A DNA stretch of 64,000 nt from Octopus sinensis (GCF_006345805.1 NC_043010.1:28582001-28646000); one strand, 5' to 3'. Numbered from the stretch's first letter, positions 1 to 13,972 are shown. The notes: a model not told the origin generated them from the letters alone. A program made the numbers and translations.

Positions 1-27
1 AAGCTACTTACCACACAGCCACTCCTG

Positions 28-91
28 TGTTTATATATATATATGTATGTGTTTGTATATATATATGTATATATATGTATATATATATATG

Positions 92-161
<70 letters not shown>
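28..161. repeat. (TA)n microsatellite
   Basis: Visible TA/TATG run; source of the spurious Ile/Tyr ORFs. Confidence 0.95.
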
Positions 162-162
<1 letters not shown>

Positions 163-228
163 TAGCTGAAGGTGACCCGCTCTACGCGCGGGTAAGAGTG
201 TGGTTGTTACTTTCTGTTGCTTCCTTTC

Positions 229-543
229 AGCACGTAAAAAGCACAATCCAAACGTGGCGGATTGCAGCGCCGCCTTGACTGGCTTCTGTGCTGGTGGCAC
301 GTAAAAAGCACCAACTGATCGTGGCCGCTGTCAGCCCCCCTGGCACCTGTGCTGGCGGCACGAAAAAAGCACCCACTACGCTCACAGAGTGGTTGGCGTT
401 AGGAAGGGCATCCACCTGTAGAAACACTGCCAGATCAGACTGGAACCTGGTGCAGCCTCCTGGCTTCCCAGACCCCGGTCAAACTGTCCAACCTGTGCTA
501 GCACGGAAAACGGACGTTAAACGATGATGATTATGATGATGAT
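229..543 (+). mobile_element. RTE LINE 3' UTR fragment with (GAT)n tail
   Basis: Reverse complement of the 3' end of the RTE at 3477-3900; ends cggacgttaaacgatgatgat. Confidence 0.85.
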
Positions 544-1217
544 TCTCCCTCCTATCTCTCTCACTTTCCCACTCTGTTACTCTTCCTTTCTCTTGGACTC
601 TCCCTCGCTTTCTCTTACTCTCTATCTTTATTTATCTCTCTCCCATTTATAAACAACAAAAGATTTTGAGTAAGTTGAGAAATAAAATATTTAGAAAGAT
701 CAATCATAATATCAGGCAGTAACAACGGAAAGGTCTGCTTCAAGGCAGACAGCAAAACACTAACATTTAAAAGGGACAGACAAACTTGCGAGCTGAATAA
801 AAATAATAAAATATTGGAAACCAAAGTTTGAAGGGATAGAATTTGAGGATAGTAGTGTCACCATGGCTGGCATTTCTTAACGACGGACAGCAATGTATTG
901 ACAGTTTAACGGCTGGCGTAAAATTTTGAACTTGATGTAAAAGAAAATCCCTAAAAACCAAGTTTTGAATTGATTCTTTCTCACGACAGTAGACTCACCA
1001 TGGCAAGCATTCAAAACTTCTTCATCATGGACAGCAACACATTGACGATTAAAAGGCTGGCGCAAATTTTTTAGCTTGATGTAACAGAGAATTGCTAAAA
1101 ACCCGCTCCTTTAAATTTTAATCCCCTTCCAGCCCTATTTAGACCCCTTTTCACATTTTGGTTAATATAACCCGATTTCATTTGGGTCTACTGGGGCCAC
1201 ATTTTATAAGATGAGGA

Positions 1218-1301
1218 CTCAACCAAGTTTCCCGAGTTCTGGTCATAGACCATAGAACACTCAACCAAGTTTCCTGAGTTCTGGTCATAGACCATAGAAC
1301 A
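1218..1301. repeat. 42-bp tandem duplication (2 copies, 1 mismatch)
   Basis: ctcaaccaagtttcc(c/t)gagttctggtcatagaccatagaaca twice. Confidence 0.9.
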
Positions 1302-2946
1302 CTTAGCTAAAATCTAGTTTCTACCTAGTCTGAACCAATCAATCCGCCGCAGTCTTCATCCACACAGAGCTTACTCAACCATGTTCCAGTCCCAGCGACA
1401 GACGACCAGACCAGCCAGTCATGTTCCTGCTCCAGCCAATGACGACGCTAACATACACCAGCAACGCCACCGACACCTTCATCTCAACGTCGCCTTTCTC
1501 TGCCGTCGCCATCACCATCGTCGTCCTTCACCTTCATGACGTCTCCATCTCCGTCGCCTTCATCTCTAGCAACACTAATATGTACATAGTACTCATTCAG
1601 GTTTAGCTTTCATGCTGTTATGAATTTCACCGAGGTTAACAGCACAGCACTACCTGCGAGATCTTCTGTACCAATGTAACCTGGCACAGCATTGAAGCCA
1701 CAACTGCTACACGATGTGTTCAACCGGCATCTGCACTTGTGATCCAAACATCCTGTTACAGAACGAACTGCTATTATGTACTGTACTACGAACTGGTAAA
1801 TTAACTCCATCTTGTCTGAAATACCCTGAGAGACTTTTCCTATGCGCTGTATTTTGTTTTGCCCGCATACACCTTGTTTGTACTTCTGTTGCACACACAA
1901 ACACACATAGTTAATACACACACAAATGCTATCTCTGTCACATTCATACGCCACACATGCCTTTCTCGCTTGTTTTCCATGCTCAATGTGCCCTTGTAAA
2001 CACAACTCATCTCTGTAAGACCCTAGGTCGGTCACGCATACATAGAGAAAGTTGTTTGTCCCTTACAACGCGCCAGCATGCCACACTTTTGTTCCTGCAC
2101 GACCGAGGCATATAATAGCTCAAGCACTGGCTGGCAGCCTCAGCCTTACTGCATTAATCACTGGCATATTCAATACTGTACACTGTATTTCAGCCTAGCA
2201 AGCCCTATTGCACTCATGCACCTCTGTTCTGCACGTGTACTCCCTTGTTTTGCAACATGTCTGCGTCAGCTCAATTCTCCTCCCGACTCAAAGCACATCG
2301 GATGTTCACATGCGCTGCGCTCATGTTTAGGCATAATTTCCCCCTGTTAGACCCCTGTTGGTCACGTAATTAACAGAGAAAATTATCTGTCTCGCACCCA
2401 AGTTGCACCCAAAAAGTGTAAAGAAGCAACCAGTTCCCTTTACGTAACTATCAAAAAGTATTAAAAAGTTTAATATACATAAATACAGATATATACATTA
2501 TATATACATATTTATATATAGAACACACACACACATATATAAACGCTCGTTGGTGTGTTCTGTTTGTATTTGGTCGATGGGCGCGTTGACAGGTAGACAA
2601 TAGAATGCGATGGCGATGGAATATTTGTTTCTCTGTATGAATACAGACAAATAAGTTAAAGTTATGGGAAGCTAAGAGATAGAGTGAGTGAAAATGTTCT
2701 TGGAAGAGAGGAAATAGCGAGAGTGAGTTGAGGAAGACAGATACGTTAAATAACGGGAGTGGACTTGTCAAAGTTATAAATGAAGGAGAGTTAGGGGGTA
2801 ATGGAGGAAATAGCGTGAGTGAGGAAGATGGCCCCTAGCAACCACACCTACATGTCCCTGTAAATTTTGGAGTGAATCGGACCGGACGTAGTGGCATTGA
2901 AAGCGATCCAAGCGGTAAAAACGCATTTCAGTTTTATATATAGAGA

Positions 2947-3063
2947 TATATGTGTATGTATATATATATATGATATGTATGTATATATATATATATATAT
3001 TATATATATATATATGTATGTATGTATATAATTCTATAATATATATATATATATATATGTATG

Positions 3064-3129
<66 letters not shown>

Positions 3130-3375
3130 ATATACATTATATATATATATATATATGTATGTATATAGTATATATATATAATATATATGTATGTATATAT
3201 ATATATATATGTATGTATATATATTATATTAATATATGTATGATATATATATATATATATATATGTATTTATATATATATATATAATATATATAGTATGT
3301 ATAATATATATATTATATATGTATGTATATATATATATATATATAATGTATGTATATTATATATATATATGTATG

Positions 3376-3437
<62 letters not shown>

Positions 3438-3476
3438 ATATAATATATATATATATATATGTATGTATATGTATGT
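2947..3476. repeat. Degenerate (TA)n/(TATG)n array
   Basis: Directly visible. Confidence 0.95.
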
Positions 3477-6400
3477 ATCATCATCATCGTTTAACGTCCG
3501 TTTTCCATGCTAGCATGGGTTGGACGGTTCAACTGGGGTCTGGAAAGCCAGAAGGCTGCGCCAAGCCCAGTATGATCTGGCAGTATTTCTACAGCTGGAT
3601 GCCCTTCCTAACGCCAACCACTCCGTGGGTGTAGTGGGTGCTTTTTACGTGCCACCTGCACAGGTGCCAGACGAGGCTGGCAAACGGCCACGATCGGATG
3701 GTGCTTTTTACGTGCCACCGGCACAGGGGCCAGACGAGGCTGGCAACGGCCACAATCGGATGGTGCATTTTATATGCCACCGGCACAGAGGCCAGTCGGA
3801 GCAGCGTTGGCAACAGCCACGTTCGGACGGTTCTCTTATGTGCCACCGGCAGTGGTATCTCAGCTACAATTTCCATTGATGTTGATCAATTTCGATTTTC
3901 ATTTTCACTTGCCTCAACAGGTCTTCACAAGAAGGAAAGGTATGCATAAGTGGGCTGGCCACGTACCAGGTAGGGGCCACGGGTTATGGTCTCACTTGTC
4001 CTGCCGGGTCTTCCCACACACAGCATACTTCCAAAGGTCTCGGTCTCTGGTCATTTCCTCTGTGAGACCTAATGTTCGAAGGTCGTGCTTCACCACCTCG
4101 TCCCAGCTTTTCCTGGGTCTACCTCTTCCACAGGTTCCCTCAACCTCTAGGGTGTGACACTTTTTCACACAACTATCTTCATCCATTCTCGCTACATGAC
4201 CATACCAGCGCAAATGTCTCTCTTGCACACCATAACTGATGCTTCATAGGTCCAACTTTTCTCTCAAGGTACTTATACTCTGTCGAGGATGAACACTGAC
4301 ATTACACATCCATTAGAGTATACTGGCTTCATTTCTTGCGAACTTACGCATGTCCTCAGCAGTCACGGCCCAAGTTTCAGTGCCATGTAGCATGGCTGTT
4401 CGTACACATGCATCATACAGTCTGCCTTTTATTCTGAGCGAGAGGCCTTTTGTCACCAGCAGAGGTAATAGCTCTCTGAACTTTGCCCAGGCTATTCTTA
4501 CTCTAGCAGTTATACTTTCAGCACACCCGCCCCCACTACTGACTTGGTCACCAAGGTAGCGGAAGCTATCAACAATTTCTAGTTTTTCTCCCTGGAATGT
4601 GGCGGAAGTTGGTCTCTGAGCATTTGCATTTTCAGTGTTTATTGCTCCTGAGCATCTGCCACATACAAAAACTATCTTCCTAGTTAGCCTTCCTTTGACA
4701 TTGCTGCACCTCTTATGTGTCCATAGCTTACACTTGGTGCATCTTATAGAGTTTCTACCTACGCCTTTTCTACAGATCAAGCAGGGCCATCTACCTGAAG
4801 GCGTTTGTGATTTGCCTCCCTTCCTACATATTAGCTAGGTTCATTTTAAGGCCCTTCGATTCTAATCCTTGTCTCCACACTTGAAACTTTGCCTCTAATT
4901 CTGATAGTGACTCAGCAATTAGAGCAAGGTCATCAGCATATAGGAGCTCCCAGGGGCATCCTGTCTTGAATTCCATGATAAATAGGAGGGGGCTGAGGAC
5001 TGAACCTTGGTGGACCTCTACCTCTACCCTGAATTTTTGAGTATACTCGTTGCCAACCCTCACCTTACTTACAGCGTCTCTGTACATGGCTTGCACAGCT
5101 CTCACTAACCATTCATCTATCTCTAGTTTCCTCATTGACCACCAGATAAGGCTTTCTCCATGTCAAAGGCTTTCTCCATGTCAACAAAAGCCAGGTACAT
5201 GGGCTTATCTTTGGCTAGGTATTTCTCCTGCAGTTGTCTCACCAAAAATATGGCATCAGTGGTGCTTTTCCCTGGCATGAAACCAAACTGCATCTCATCC
5301 AAGCTGACTCTCTCCCTAATCAGTTGGGCTATGACCCTCTCCGTAACCTTCATTACCTGATCCAAAAGCTTGATACCTCTGTAATTATTTGTATCTAAAG
5401 CGTCACCTTTACCTTTGTAGCAGTTGACTATTATGCTGCTACACCAGTCATTGGGTATGACTCCTTCGTGTATCACCTGGTTAACTATACGGGTGACTAG
5501 ACTATAGCCGACACTACCAGATATTTTAAGCATCTCTGCAGTAATTCCTGATGGGCCTGGGCCTTTCCCTGTCTTCATGCTTCTAATTGCCTTAACTACT
5601 AAGGAACTGTCAACTCGGATAGCTGGTCCCATTCATTTTCCTTATTTAGCAGCCTCTCATAATGGTGTCTCCATACCTCTCTCTTTGTATCCTCATTCAG
5701 CGCAAGCGAGCCATCATCCATGCGAACACATTTCTCTCCTACCACATCATGATTCTCTCTCACACACTGTCTTGCAACACAGAATACCTCAAGTCTTTCG
5801 TCCTCACGGCGCAGAACATTGGCAAATTTTTTCTTATCTGCTTCCCTTCTGGCTAAATAAACCTGTCTCCTAGCTTCTCTTTTGGCAGTCTGATACAATT
5901 ACCTGCTACCACCATTCTTCCAGTCCTTCCAAGCCTGTCTCTTTTCTCTAATAGCCGTGTCTACATTGTTCCACCACCACGTTATTTTGGGTCGAGAGGG
6001 GACTTTGCACCAGCCACAGATCTGGTCAGTGGCTCTCAGCAGGTTGTCCCTACCCCATGTGAAGCTATATCCCCTTCTACTTCGTCAAAGGCTTCAAGTA
6101 ATATGTCCCTAAGTCTCTGTCCATTCGCAGGATCTTTAAGCTTCCGAATCCTGCAGTTGGTCGTCTTATGGTCACCCTCTTAGTCCTGATCCTGAAGTCA
6201 CTAACTACCAGTCTATGTTGTGGGGTACATTCTTCGCCTGGGAAGGTTTTGGCATTTATAAGCAGCCATCTTTCCCTTTTCCTGGCAAGGATGTAGTCAA
6301 TTTGGCTGGTATGTCGGCCCGATCGGTAGGTGACTAGGCGGCTGGTAGGTTTCCTGAAGTTAGTGTTGCAAACCATAAGATCATTTGCATCGCAGAACTC

Positions 6401-6780
6401 CAGCAGCCTGGTTCCCTCCTTGTTGCGGGAACCATAACCATAGCCTCCATGTACACCATGGAAGCCCCCAGCATGTCGTCCAACGTGACCATTGAAGTCA
6501 CCAGCCACAAAGAGAAGGTCTCTGTCGTTCGTCAACGAGGTAGTCTGCTGTAGGGTGTCATAGAATCGGTCTTTCTGCCCATCGGGTAGCCCCAGCTGAG
6601 GGGCATAGGCCGATATAATGGTTGCTAATCCACGATGAAGCACTAATCTAATCTTAAATATTCTGTCACGTACTCTATTTACCTCTATTACCTTATCTAC
6701 CCATTTTTCAGCGAGAAGTATACCCATGCCCCCAACACCGTCAGTGTTTCCTGCCCAGAAAATCTTGTACCTGTGTTCTT
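3477..6780 (-). mobile_element. RTE-clade non-LTR retrotransposon, 5'-truncated and frameshifted (APE endonuclease + RT)
   Basis: APE motifs GDFNGHVG, SQIDYIL, HRLVVSDF (6077-6727); RT motifs YRGIKLL, QFGFMPGKSTTDAI, AFVDMEKAFD, HQGSVLSPLLF, LLYADDL; RTE C-terminus RWYGHVARM..RGRPRKSW; 3' UTR repeats and (GAT)n tail. Confidence 0.93.
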
Positions 6781-6793
6781 ATGTATGTATATG

Positions 6794-6864
<71 letters not shown>

Positions 6865-7094
6865 CATATATATGTATGTATATGTATGTATATATATGTA
6901 TGTATATGTATGTATGTATATGTATGTATATATATGTATGTATATGTATGTATATATATGTATGTATATGTATGTATATATATGTATGTATATGTATGTA
7001 TATATATGTATGTGTATGTATATATATGTATGTATATTTATGTATATATATGTATGTATATATGTATTTATATATATATGTATGTATATATATA

Positions 7095-7135
<41 letters not shown>

Positions 7136-7298
7136 TATATATATATGTGTGTATATATATATATATATATGTATGTATATGTATATATGTATGTATATGT
7201 ATATATGTATGTATATGTATATATATGTGTATATATATATATATATATGTATGTATATGTATATATATGTGTGTGTATATATATATATATATATATTA
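6781..7298. repeat. (TA)n/(TATG)n array
   Basis: Directly visible. Confidence 0.95.
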
Positions 7299-8197
7299 TC
7301 AATATAGGGTGGCAAAAAATTTCGCAGAATTTTTTTTGCCACCAGCGGCCTAGTGGGAAAAAATTAAATAGTCATAGACCATTTATAAATTCAACAGCAA
7401 AATCAAGGAACGGCCATAATAGGCCATTCACCCACTAGAAATAACAGCTAAGGCTTCAACCGCAAAACAACATTAATTCCGTAAACCAGGAGAAAATTAA
7501 AAAAACATTTACCCTGTAATTCTTTATACGATGCACCGTTTCGTCTATTGTTTAATGGTAAACTAACCTGATTAAATTAAATCAAGCTAGTCTTCCATAG
7601 GCCGATAGATTCATCAGTAAAGAACGGCCAGATCGGAGCAGATATTTACACGAGGCACTTCCATCACTGTCTCGGCAATATCTGATCTAAAATTTTCAAA
7701 TCATCGCACTTGCGCCAAATTTATCGGCAGCAAATATAAGCCGCCGATTCCATTACGGAATTAACCAGAAAATTCATAATTAATCAATATAGGGTGGCAA
7801 AAAATTTCGCAGAATTTTTTTTTGCCACCAGCAGCCTAGTGGGAAAAAATTAAATAGTCATAGACCATTTATAAATTCAACAGCAAAATCAAGGAATGGC
7901 CATAATAGGCCATTCACCCACTAGAAATAACAGCTAAGGCTTCAACCGCAAAACAACATTAATTCCGTAAACCAGGAGAAAATTTAAAAAAACATTTACC
8001 CTGTAATTCTTTATACGATGCACCGTTTCGTCTATTGTTTAATGGTAAACTAACCTGATTAAATTAAATCAAGCTAGTCTTCCATAGGCCGATAGATTCA
8101 TCAGTAAAGAACGGCCAGATCGGAGCAGATATTTACACGAGGCACAAAATGTTGTTTTGCGGTTGAAGCCTTAGCTGTTATTTCTAGTGGGTGAATG
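7299..8197. repeat. 485-bp-period direct duplication plus inverted 52-bp copy of an internal segment (unclassified repeat)
   Basis: Unit 1 7299-7783, partial unit 2 7784-8145; 8146-8197 is the reverse complement of about 7425-7474. Confidence 0.88.
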
Positions 8198-8232
<35 letters not shown>

Positions 8233-8258
8233 ATACGTATATATATTTGTATATATAT

Positions 8259-11200
8259 GAGGTTGTTAGGGTATGTGATAGAATGCTTAAGCTCAGGTTA
8301 GTCCTTCAGAACAGCACAGCTATAATTATTTCTGCCTACACCACACAAGCGGGCCTACCAAATGATCAGAAGGACCATTTTTGATACTCTTCTACAGGCT
8401 ACCTCAAAGACATATGGCAATGACCTCATCTTTGTGACCAGGGATTTGAATGGGCATGTTGGGCAGCAGTCTGGTGTCTCACTGGTATATACGGGGTTCA
8501 TGGTATTCGTTCCCGAAAAGATGAGGGAACTAGGCTACTGGAGTTCTGTGATGCATGTAACCTTTTAATCTACAACTCTAACTTCAGGAAGCCAGACAAT
8601 CACCTAATAACCTATCAATCAGGTGACTCCGCTAGTCAGATTGATTTCATCCTCACCAGACAGTGGAGCGCAGGGTTTATCTAAAATACAAAGACCTTCC
8701 CAGGTGAAGAATGTACCCCCAGCATAGACTAGTCATTAATGACTTTAGACTCAAGGCCAGAAGGATTCCAAGAAGCAGACCAATCCAGAAAAGAAGGTTT
8801 TGGAAGCTAAAGAACCCTTCACATGATCAGAGATTTAGGGACATCCTCATCAAGAAATTTGATGAGAGGGAGGAGGAGCTACAGACCTTTGAGATAGAGG
8901 GAAACTGGAAATTCCTACGGGACAGCTTACTGTGTGCTACAGACCAAGTCTGCAGATGGTGCAAAGTCCCTTCCAGACCTAGAGTCACGTGGTGGTGGAA
9001 TAATATGGTAGGCAAAGCCATTAGAACAAAGAAACAGGCCTGGAAAGCCTGGAAGGGTGGGGGTAGCAGGGAACTGTACCAGGTAGCCAAAAGGGAGGCT
9101 GGGCGGCAGGTATACATAGCCAAGGACAAAGCAGAAAAGAAGTTTACCAATGTCCAGCAATGTGAGGACCAAAGAACTGAGGTATTTCGGATTGCAAGAC
9201 AGTGTGTGAGAGAAAATTGTGATGTCACAGGAGAGAAATGTGTCCGCATGGATGATGGTGCACTTGCTTTTAATGATTTGGAAAAGAAAGAGGCTTGGAG
9301 AAGCCACTATGAAAGACTGCTGAACATGGACAATGAATGGGAGGAGGATAGCCTGCCAAATGTTGACTCAGTAGAGGGACCAGCTATCTGAATAGATAGC
9401 ACCCTGGTAGATAAAGTAATTAAGGGTATGAAGCCAGGAAAAGCCCCTGGCCCATCAAGAATCACTGTTGAGGTGCTTAAAACATCTGGTGGCATGGGCT
9501 ATGGCTTAGTCACCCACATTGTAAACCAAGTAATTCATGATGTAGTCATACCCAATGACTAGCGTAGCAGCACCATAGTCAACTGCTACAAGGGTAAAGG
9601 TGATGCTTTAGATAGAAATAACTACAGGGGTATCAAACTGCTGGATCAGGTGATGAAAGTCACGGAGAGGGTTATAGCCCAACTAATTTGGGAGAGAGCC
9701 AGTTTAGATGAGATGCAGTTTGGGTTCGTGCCAGGGAAAAGCACCACTGATGCTATATTTCTGGTATGGTAACTGCAGGAAAAATACCTAGCCAAAGATA
9801 AACCCCTATACTTGGTTTTTGTGGACTTAGAGAAATCCTTTGACAGGGTCCCACAATCTCTTATCTGGTAGGCAATGTGGAAACTGAGGATTGATGAATG
9901 GTTTGTAAGGGCTGTACAGGCCCTATACAGAGATGCTGTGAGTAAGGTTAGGGTTGGCAATGAGTATAGTGAAGAATTCCGGGTAAAAGTAGGGATCCAC
10001 TAAGGATCAACCCATATCCCCTTCTTATTCATCATAGTCCACCAGGCAATAACAGAGGAATTCAAGACAGGATGCCCCTAGGAGCTCCTCTATGCTGATG
10101 ACCTGGCCCTCAGCTGAATCACTACCAGAACTAAAGAAGAAACTAGGTGTGGAAGCAAGGTTTAGAATCAATGTTGCAAAGACCAAAGTTCTAGTAAGTA
10201 GGAAGGTGAACGCATCACACACCCCTTCAGGTAGGTAGCCCTGCTCGATCTGTAGAAAAGGTATAGGTAGAAACTCCATAAGATGTACCCAGTGTAAGGT
10301 ATGGACACATAAGAGATACAGGGAGATTAACCGGAAACCTAGCTTTCATGTACAGCAGATGCACAGGGGCAATAAACACCACAGATGCTCAGAAAACATT
10401 CCATCACATGCCCAGAAGACAATCTAGAAGTAGTTGGTAGCTTCTGCTACCTAGGTGACCAAGTCTGTAGTAGAGGTAGATACTCAGAGGGTGTTACCAC
10501 TAGAATAAGAATAGCCTGGACAAAGTTCAGAAAGCTTCTACCCCTACTGGTGACAAAGGGCTTCTTGCTCAGAGTGAAAGGTAGATTGTACGATGCATAT
10601 GTGTGAACTGCCATGCTCCACAGCAGTGAAACATGGGCTGTGACTGCTGAAAACATGCGTAGGCTTGAGAGGAATGAAGCTAGCATGATCCGCTGGATTT
10701 GTAATGTCAGTGTGTACACATGACAGAGTGTAAGCACCCCGAGAGAAATATTGGACATAAGAAGCATTGGATGTGGTGTGCAAGAGAGACGTTTGCATTA
10801 GTATGGTCATGTACTATGGATGGATGAGGAGAGATGTGTGAAGAAGTGCCACTCTCAAACAGTGGAAGGAATCCAAGATAGAGAGATACCCAGGAAGACA
10901 TGGGGTGAGGTGGTGAAGCATGATCTTCGAACGTTGGGCCTCACAGAGGCAATGACAAAAGACTGAGACGTCACAGAGGCAAGGACAAAAGACTGAGACC
11001 ACTGAAGATATGCTGTGACTAAGAAGACCCGGCAAATAAAGTGAATTCATGCACCAGTGTCGCATAAACAGCCCCCTCAAAAGTACATTGGCTCATCAGG
11101 CGACATGCCATGCATGAGGGGACCTATTGAGTCAAGTACATCAAAATCAAATGGATATTGAAGTTGTGGTCCCCATGCCGGTGGCACGTAAAAAGCACCG

Positions 11201-11430
11201 TCCAAACTTGGCCGATGCCAGCACCGCCTTGACTGGCTTCCGTGCTGGTGGCATGTAAATGCGACCAACTGATCGTGGTCATTGCCAGCCCCCTCTGGAC
11301 CTCTGTGAGTGGCATGTAAAGAGCATCCACTACACTCCCAGAGTGGTTAGCGTTAGGAAGGGCATCGAGCTGTAGAAACACTGCCAGATCAGACTGGAGC
11401 CTGGTGCAGCCTCCTGGCTTCCCAGACCCC
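8259..11430 (+). mobile_element. RTE-clade LINE, older degraded copy
   Basis: Same domain order as 3477-6780 (EVVRVCDRM.., HRLVINDF, YRGIKLLDQVMKV, LLYADDL, Cys-rich insert, RPRKTW) with many stops and frameshifts; terminal tail lost. Confidence 0.9.
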
Positions 11431-11667
11431 ATACATATATATATATGTATGTATGTATGTATGTCTATGTATATGTGTGTATATATATGTATGTATATAT
11501 ATATATGTGTGTGTATGTATGTATATATATATATATGTATGTATATATATATATATGTGTATGTATGTATGTGTATATGTATATATGTATGTATATATGT
11601 GTATGTATATGTATGTATATATATGTTTGTATATATGTATGTATATATAAATATATATATGTGTGTG

Positions 11668-11698
<31 letters not shown>

Positions 11699-11744
11699 GT
11701 GTATATTTGTATGGGTATAATACGTATATATATATTCTTGTATT
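11431..11744. repeat. (TA)n/(TATG)n array
   Basis: Directly visible. Confidence 0.9.
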
Positions 11745-12123
11745 TGTTTAAGTCATTTAACTGCAGCCATGCTGGAGCACTGCCTTTAGTCGTACAAATT
11801 GACCCCATGATTTATTCTTTGTAAGCCTATCTATTCCCCTCATTTGCCGAACCACTAATTTACAGGGATGTAAACACACCAACATTGTATGTCAGGAGAT
11901 GGTGGTGGGGACAAACACAGCTGCACAAACATATACAAATATATATATGTATATGTATATATATACACGAAGGCCTTCTTTCAGTTTCCGTCTACCAAAT
12001 CCACTCACAAAGCTTTGGTTGGCCTGAGGCTATAGTAGAAGACACTTGCTGAAGGTGCCATGCAGTGAGACTGAACCCGGTACCATGTTGGTAAGCAAGC
12101 TACTTACCACACAGTCACACCTG
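11745..12123 (-). mobile_element. tRNA-derived CORE-like SINE
   Basis: Minus strand head tggtaagtagcttg..ggttcagtc, CORE-like ggcaccttcagcaagtgtctt, tail ccagcatggctgcagttaaatgact; homologous copies elsewhere in the window. Confidence 0.8.
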
Positions 12124-12126
12124 CAC

Positions 12127-12284
12127 GCGGAGTGGTTGGCGTTAGGAAGGGCATCCAGCCGTAGAAACACTGCCAGATCTGACTGGGCCTGACGAAGCCT
12201 TCCAGCTTCACAGACCCCAGTTGACCCGTCCAACCCATGCTAGCATGGAAAGCGGACGCTAAACGATGATGATGATGATGATGA
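12127..12284 (+). mobile_element. RTE 3'-terminal fragment with (GAT)n tail
   Basis: ggcgttaggaagggcatccagcc..cggacgctaaacgatgatgat followed by TA repeats. Confidence 0.85.
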
Positions 12285-12653
12285 TATATATATGTATACA
12301 AATCTTTTTTTTTCCTTAATAAAATGAATGTATATGTACAAAGGAAGCTGAAATTTTAGGTTCAAATGCTCTTACTTAATTCTGGCTAACATTTGACGTA
12401 GATCAGATCTGTTTTTTGTGAGTAATTGAGAATTTACTGAAATTGGCTGTCTGAAGTTGTTATGCAAATGTTGCTCTGCGTATCAGGAGAATTAAAATAT
12501 ATGAACCCATTATGAACTTTTTACTTATTCAGAGCAATGTTTTAATATATAGTTGAAGCAATTTACATGTTCATATAACGACCTTTCTTTTCAATCAACA
12601 TTACTACTCTGTTGTCCATTGAATTTGTTAATTTTCCAATTTGATCTGGCAAA

Positions 12654-12870
12654 AAGGCGGCAAGCTGGCAGAAATGTTAGCATGCTGGGCAAAATGCTCA
12701 GCGGTATTTCAACTGTCTTTACGTTCTGAGTTCAAATTCTGCTGATGTCGACTTTGCCTTTCATCCTTTCAGGGTTGATAAATTAAGTACTAGTTGTGTA
12801 CTGAGGTCGATCTAATCAACTGGCCCCCTCCCCAAAACTTTTGGGCCTTGTGCCTAGAGTAAAAAAGAAT
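12654..12870 (+). mobile_element. tRNA-derived SINE with Meta-like central domain
   Basis: Head ggcggcaagctggcagaaatgttagc..gagttcaaattc; central gcctttcatcctttcagggttgataaattaagtac resembles the MetaSINE/Sauria-SINE core as recalled. Confidence 0.7.
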
Positions 12871-13279
12871 TTGATCTGGTGAAACTGCAGCTGTAATACT
12901 TTGTATAGCATCCCACAGTTCTACCTTACTGTTTTACTTATTCATAGAAATTCTGTTTGTCGATTGACCTGAGGTTTACTTTTGGGTTCAAGTCAGGACT
13001 TGACGGTGGCCACTCCATTATCTTGTCTTTAGCAAATCATTTGCGCTGAAGAAACTCATGAGTTAGGTGAGAAGCATGTCATGGAGTATTGTCATGCATA
13101 AACATAGACTTTATCTTGAAACTGTGAGGCTATTCAAAGAAAGTTTGATCCAAGAATTCACAATAATTAATATTGTTGGGTTTTACACTTTCGTCAACTT
13201 AAAATGGTCCAATGATTGTTCTATTAACAATACCAGCCCATATCATTACACCACCACCTCCTTGTGGCCATCTTCTCGT

Positions 13280-13920
13280 CATATATATGTATATAGATAT
13301 ATATATATATTATATATATGTATATATATATATGTATATATATATGTATATATATATATAATATGTATATATATATGTGTATGTATATATATGTATAATA
13401 TATATATATATGTATAATATATATATATATATATTATATGTATATATATATATATGTATATATTATATATATGTATATATATATATAATGTATATATATA
13501 TAATATGTATATATATATATATGTATTATATATATATATATATAGATATATATATATATGTATATAATATATATGTATGTATTATATATGTATGTATATA
13601 TATATGTATGTATATATATATGTATGTATATATATATATGTATATATATATGTATATATATATGTATGTATATATATAATATATATATATATATTATATA
13701 TATATATTATATGTATGTATATATATATATTATATATATATGTATGTATATATATATATGTATATATATATATGTATATATATATATGTCTGTATTTATA
13801 TATATATATATATATATGTATGTATATGTATATAGTGGAGGCACGTGGCTTAGTGGTTAGGGTGATAGCATCATGATTGTAAGGGCACATTTATTTATTA
13901 TATGTATATATGTATATATA

Positions 13921-13972
<52 letters not shown>

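Larger units (their letters stand above)
162..2946 (-). mobile_element. Putative composite non-autonomous Helitron
   Basis: Minus strand: 3' end CTAG|T at 162-165 with hairpin acccgc/gcgggt (175-193); 5' end A|TCTCTATATATAAAA at 2946. That both ends belong to one element is inferred. Confidence 0.6.
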
